Part shown: one piece after another, positions 61,201 through 64,000 of the stretch
How the letters are laid out: every line of letters begins with the position of its first letter
Position numbering within the stretch: position 1 is the stretch's first letter
Assembly: GCA_051362555.1 (NCBI GenBank)
Contig: CM120640.1
Span: forward strand, 32,507,967-32,571,966
Direction: 5' to 3'
DNA from: Lingula anatina
Taxonomy: Eukaryota; Animalia; Brachiopoda
DNA: 64,000 nt
Notes under the pieces: generated by a model
Seen by the model: the letters and a program-made list of their open reading frames with translations, nothing else
The model's database searches: none
Told to the model about the DNA's origin: nothing
Position numbers and translations under genes: made by a program

Positions 61201-63823
61201 GTACACTGATAGATATGAGATGAGCTAGTAGGCTTGATTTGATTTGATTGTGCTTGTATTAGGCACACTGACAGGTGAGTTTGAGGGTAGTGTATGGCTG
61301 TGCTGATACTAGGTGCACTGGCATTGGGGGCTGCATGTAATTGTACATATACTTGTGTTAGGTATACTGACAGGTGAGCTTGCGTCTGTGTATCATTGTA
61401 TTACAGAGACAGAAATATAAATGAAAGAGATATAAATGAAAGGGTAAAATAACTCCCAGGTCTGTGCAGGTTTAAGGAACACTGGCAGGTTAGCTTGGGT
61501 CTGCCCGAAAAGAAATATTCTTAAGTGAGATAATTTTATTCAGAGAGACATCATTTAAGGACAAATGTATTGTTATAGTTAACAGTAAAGTAATAAAATA
61601 TTGTATGATACATATAATTGTTATAATTCAGGGAAGTATGGAATAAAATGGTCATTTCTCCTGAATATCCCATACTGTATTGTGCCTGTCTGGTTTGGTG
61701 TAAAACTTTTGAGGGAACCGGTTCCAGTGCTAAAGGTATTAGATTTTGTAGTGACCAAACAACCAATGAAAAAGAACCAGCATGATTTTATAATTTTAAA
61801 GTCAACAGAATTGCAAACAATGGACATCAAACAACTGACCAATTATTATTTGCATCATGTGATTTTTAATGGATAAGTGATGGCTATTTAGAATCATTTT
61901 CAAAACCATGTACATAATTCTATTATCAGCCTTTTAATTTTTATTGCTTGGATAGGAATCTTCTGAGTTCACCTTGAAGAGCATTTGGAAGAGACCCATT
62001 GATGTACTGCTCATCTTGTACTTCATATTTGCCTCAGGTTTGGCAGTGATGAGAGGAATGGTATATAAAATATATTTTTTTATCTTTTTAACAAATAACA
62101 TGGGACATTTTTGAATTACATATGACATTTTATGAAAAGAAAATGTAGCCCAGTAGTTGCACACTTGCTTTATTAAAGGTAAAAGACTTCCTTACTTAAA
62201 GCGGCACTTGAAGAGAGGAAAAGGGTTAGATCATAGAGGGGATATGTAAATAGAAAATAGCATATGTGTGGCTAGTATGTTTACATATAAGGCTTCGTTC
62301 ACATGGAATGTCTATTTTCTAAAAATCTATTTTCTATTCGCGCTATCTTATGATCACGGTCTGTGCCCTGAATATCCCGCCGCGTAATTACTGGCAGCGC
62401 GAGCCAGTTACTTATAGTAACTTATAGTAACTGGCTCGCGCTGCCAGTAATTACGCCGCGGGATATTCAGGGCACAGACCGTGATCATAAGACATACCGC
62501 GAATAGAAAATAGAATTTAGAAAATAGACATTGCATGTGAATGAAGCCTAAGTTGCATGTACAGTGGATATATTGAACATGCTCACCAAGAGGAAGATGG
62601 TAAAAACAAGCCCTCAGTATTACTACATAAAAATTTGTGTTAAACAACCGTACTTATATCTAATCCCCATACATATCAATTGATCAGCTATAATACTCTG
62701 TTTCAGGCTTGTTTAGACTCATCCATGGAGTTTACAAGGCAATACAAGTTGCAGTATGAACCATATCTAGGAGACCCTGGGAAATTTGGTACAGTACAGG
62801 TATGAATATAAACCTGCATTGAAGAAGTAATTTAATAGACTTGTGTGGTTCATCAGCTTCAAAAAATGTTCTTGGATAAAAAAAAAGAGATAACCTAACT
62901 TTTTCGTAATTGGGGGTCCTGCCTCAGATGCTTACGACTTGTCTGGATAATCTCTGATTGTCCATTCACACTGTGTTCTACTTATTTGCAGATCACATAC
63001 CTTATTTATTGTTTCATTGGTGTAAAAATAGATACATATTACAAATCATGTACCCAATTGTACCCAATTATTTAATTCAGTTTTAAATCTTTAAATAAGT
63101 TTATGGTTGATTTCAGCATATTTTTCTTCAGTTCCACCTTTTTAAACATTTTAAAACGACATTGTAACTAACTTTTAAATCTTTTTATGCCCAGATGCTG
63201 ACCTATTTGTTTTACTTCCTACCATACTATTTCCTGAGCATGTATGGTTTGACCAATCCAGGTTGTTCTTGGATGTTAGATTGGTCAATAATACACGCAG
63301 GAGCAGCCGCCCAGGTAATATATTCTGGTGCCGTGGTATTTGGTGCAACTTGATATATAATGAACACCAATCAAAAGTATTATCTCTTTCATAAATATAA
63401 AGATAATAATAATAACTTTTATGTTAATTTGAGAGTAGTTGATTCTGCCACAAAAGTCGAGGACAGATTTAGTTCATCTTTAAAACAAGTTGTCTGATAT
63501 TATTTCATGAACAACTATATTATCACTTCGACTTCGATCGTTGGTTTTAGTAATTGAATTGAACTTTTTTTTTACAGGCTCAGGTGTCTTATATAGGGTC
63601 CTCTCTCCATTATCGCACACCATATCTTCTGCGGGTTCCACAGGACATGCACGTGCAGATTGTGTTTTGGAGTATCAATTTAAGTCTACTTATTGTCCCC
63701 CAACTGGTCATGTACAGAGTCGTCCAGTATCCACAGTTCTTCCTTGAGAAATCCAAGACATCTTCCACAGCAGGAGACAACAGTTGGAACTCCCTAAACT
63801 CCAAGCCTGTGAAACAGCATTGA
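58256..63823 (+). CDS. TM6SF1: Transmembrane 6 superfamily member (TM6SF1/2-like, two EXPERA domains), 8 exons
   Basis: Exons 58256-58466, 58708-58909, 60733-60815, 61632-61735, 61956-62060, 62707-62799, 63195-63314, 63578-63823. Motifs VVDLISALELDG, GEPYLRTAHG..YWDG..HY, GLYWVGS, YEPYL, PGCSWMLDWS..HAGAAAQAQ.S.IG.SLH.RTPY. An upstream in-frame ATG exists at 58097. Confidence 0.93.
60786..61500 (+). repeat. Degenerate ~50 bp tandem copies of the TM6SF exon 3 end plus 5' splice site
   Basis: ATGATTGTG(C/T)T..TACTAGGT(G/A)CACTGACAG|GTGAG repeated about 10 times. Confidence 0.85.
62291..62548. mobile_element. Almost fully palindromic PIF/Harbinger-like MITE with TAA TSD
   Basis: TAA|GGCTTCGTTCACATG ... 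CATGTGAATGAAGCC|TAA; arms pair over about 120 bp up to the centre GTTACTTATAGTAACTTATAGTAAC. Confidence 0.92.
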
Positions 63824-64000
63824 AGAAATTTAATTTAGTGATTGTCATGTGTCAGAACATACAGAGTAAATGCTTTTTAAAGTTGCAAAATTGATCTTTA
63901 TTCTTTGTATTGATTTTTTTATGCTTTCCACAATTGATTTTAATTTACTTTCACATTGACAATTTGTTATATATTTTAAAGATTTTTGCAGCAAATTATT

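Overview
AT-rich animal (invertebrate-type) genomic DNA. Bases 1 to ~18.7 kb are a tandem array of about 130 monomers of ~141-142 bp with nested higher-order periods. Read on the minus strand, each monomer looks like a complete splicing unit: branch point, pyrimidine tract, AG, a 61-62 nt GC-richer exon, then AG|GTTAGT and an ~80 nt intron. Two candidate non-coding leader exons and a CpG-rich region at ~20.1-20.8 kb point into the array. My main hypothesis (inferred, no transcript data) is a non-coding gene with more than 130 repeated mini-exons, or a large decoy-exon array. The rest of the window holds five spliced genes whose exons I assembled by hand: an alpha-arrestin (ARRDC, minus), cyclophilin B (plus), a PTCD2-like mitochondrial PPR protein (minus), glucose-6-phosphate 1-epimerase (plus) and a TM6SF1/2-like protein (plus). 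The first four form two head-to-head pairs. Introns carry many non-autonomous DNA transposons. One of them sits inside a 5' splice site, and one TM6SF intron holds a tandem array of copies of its own splice donor.
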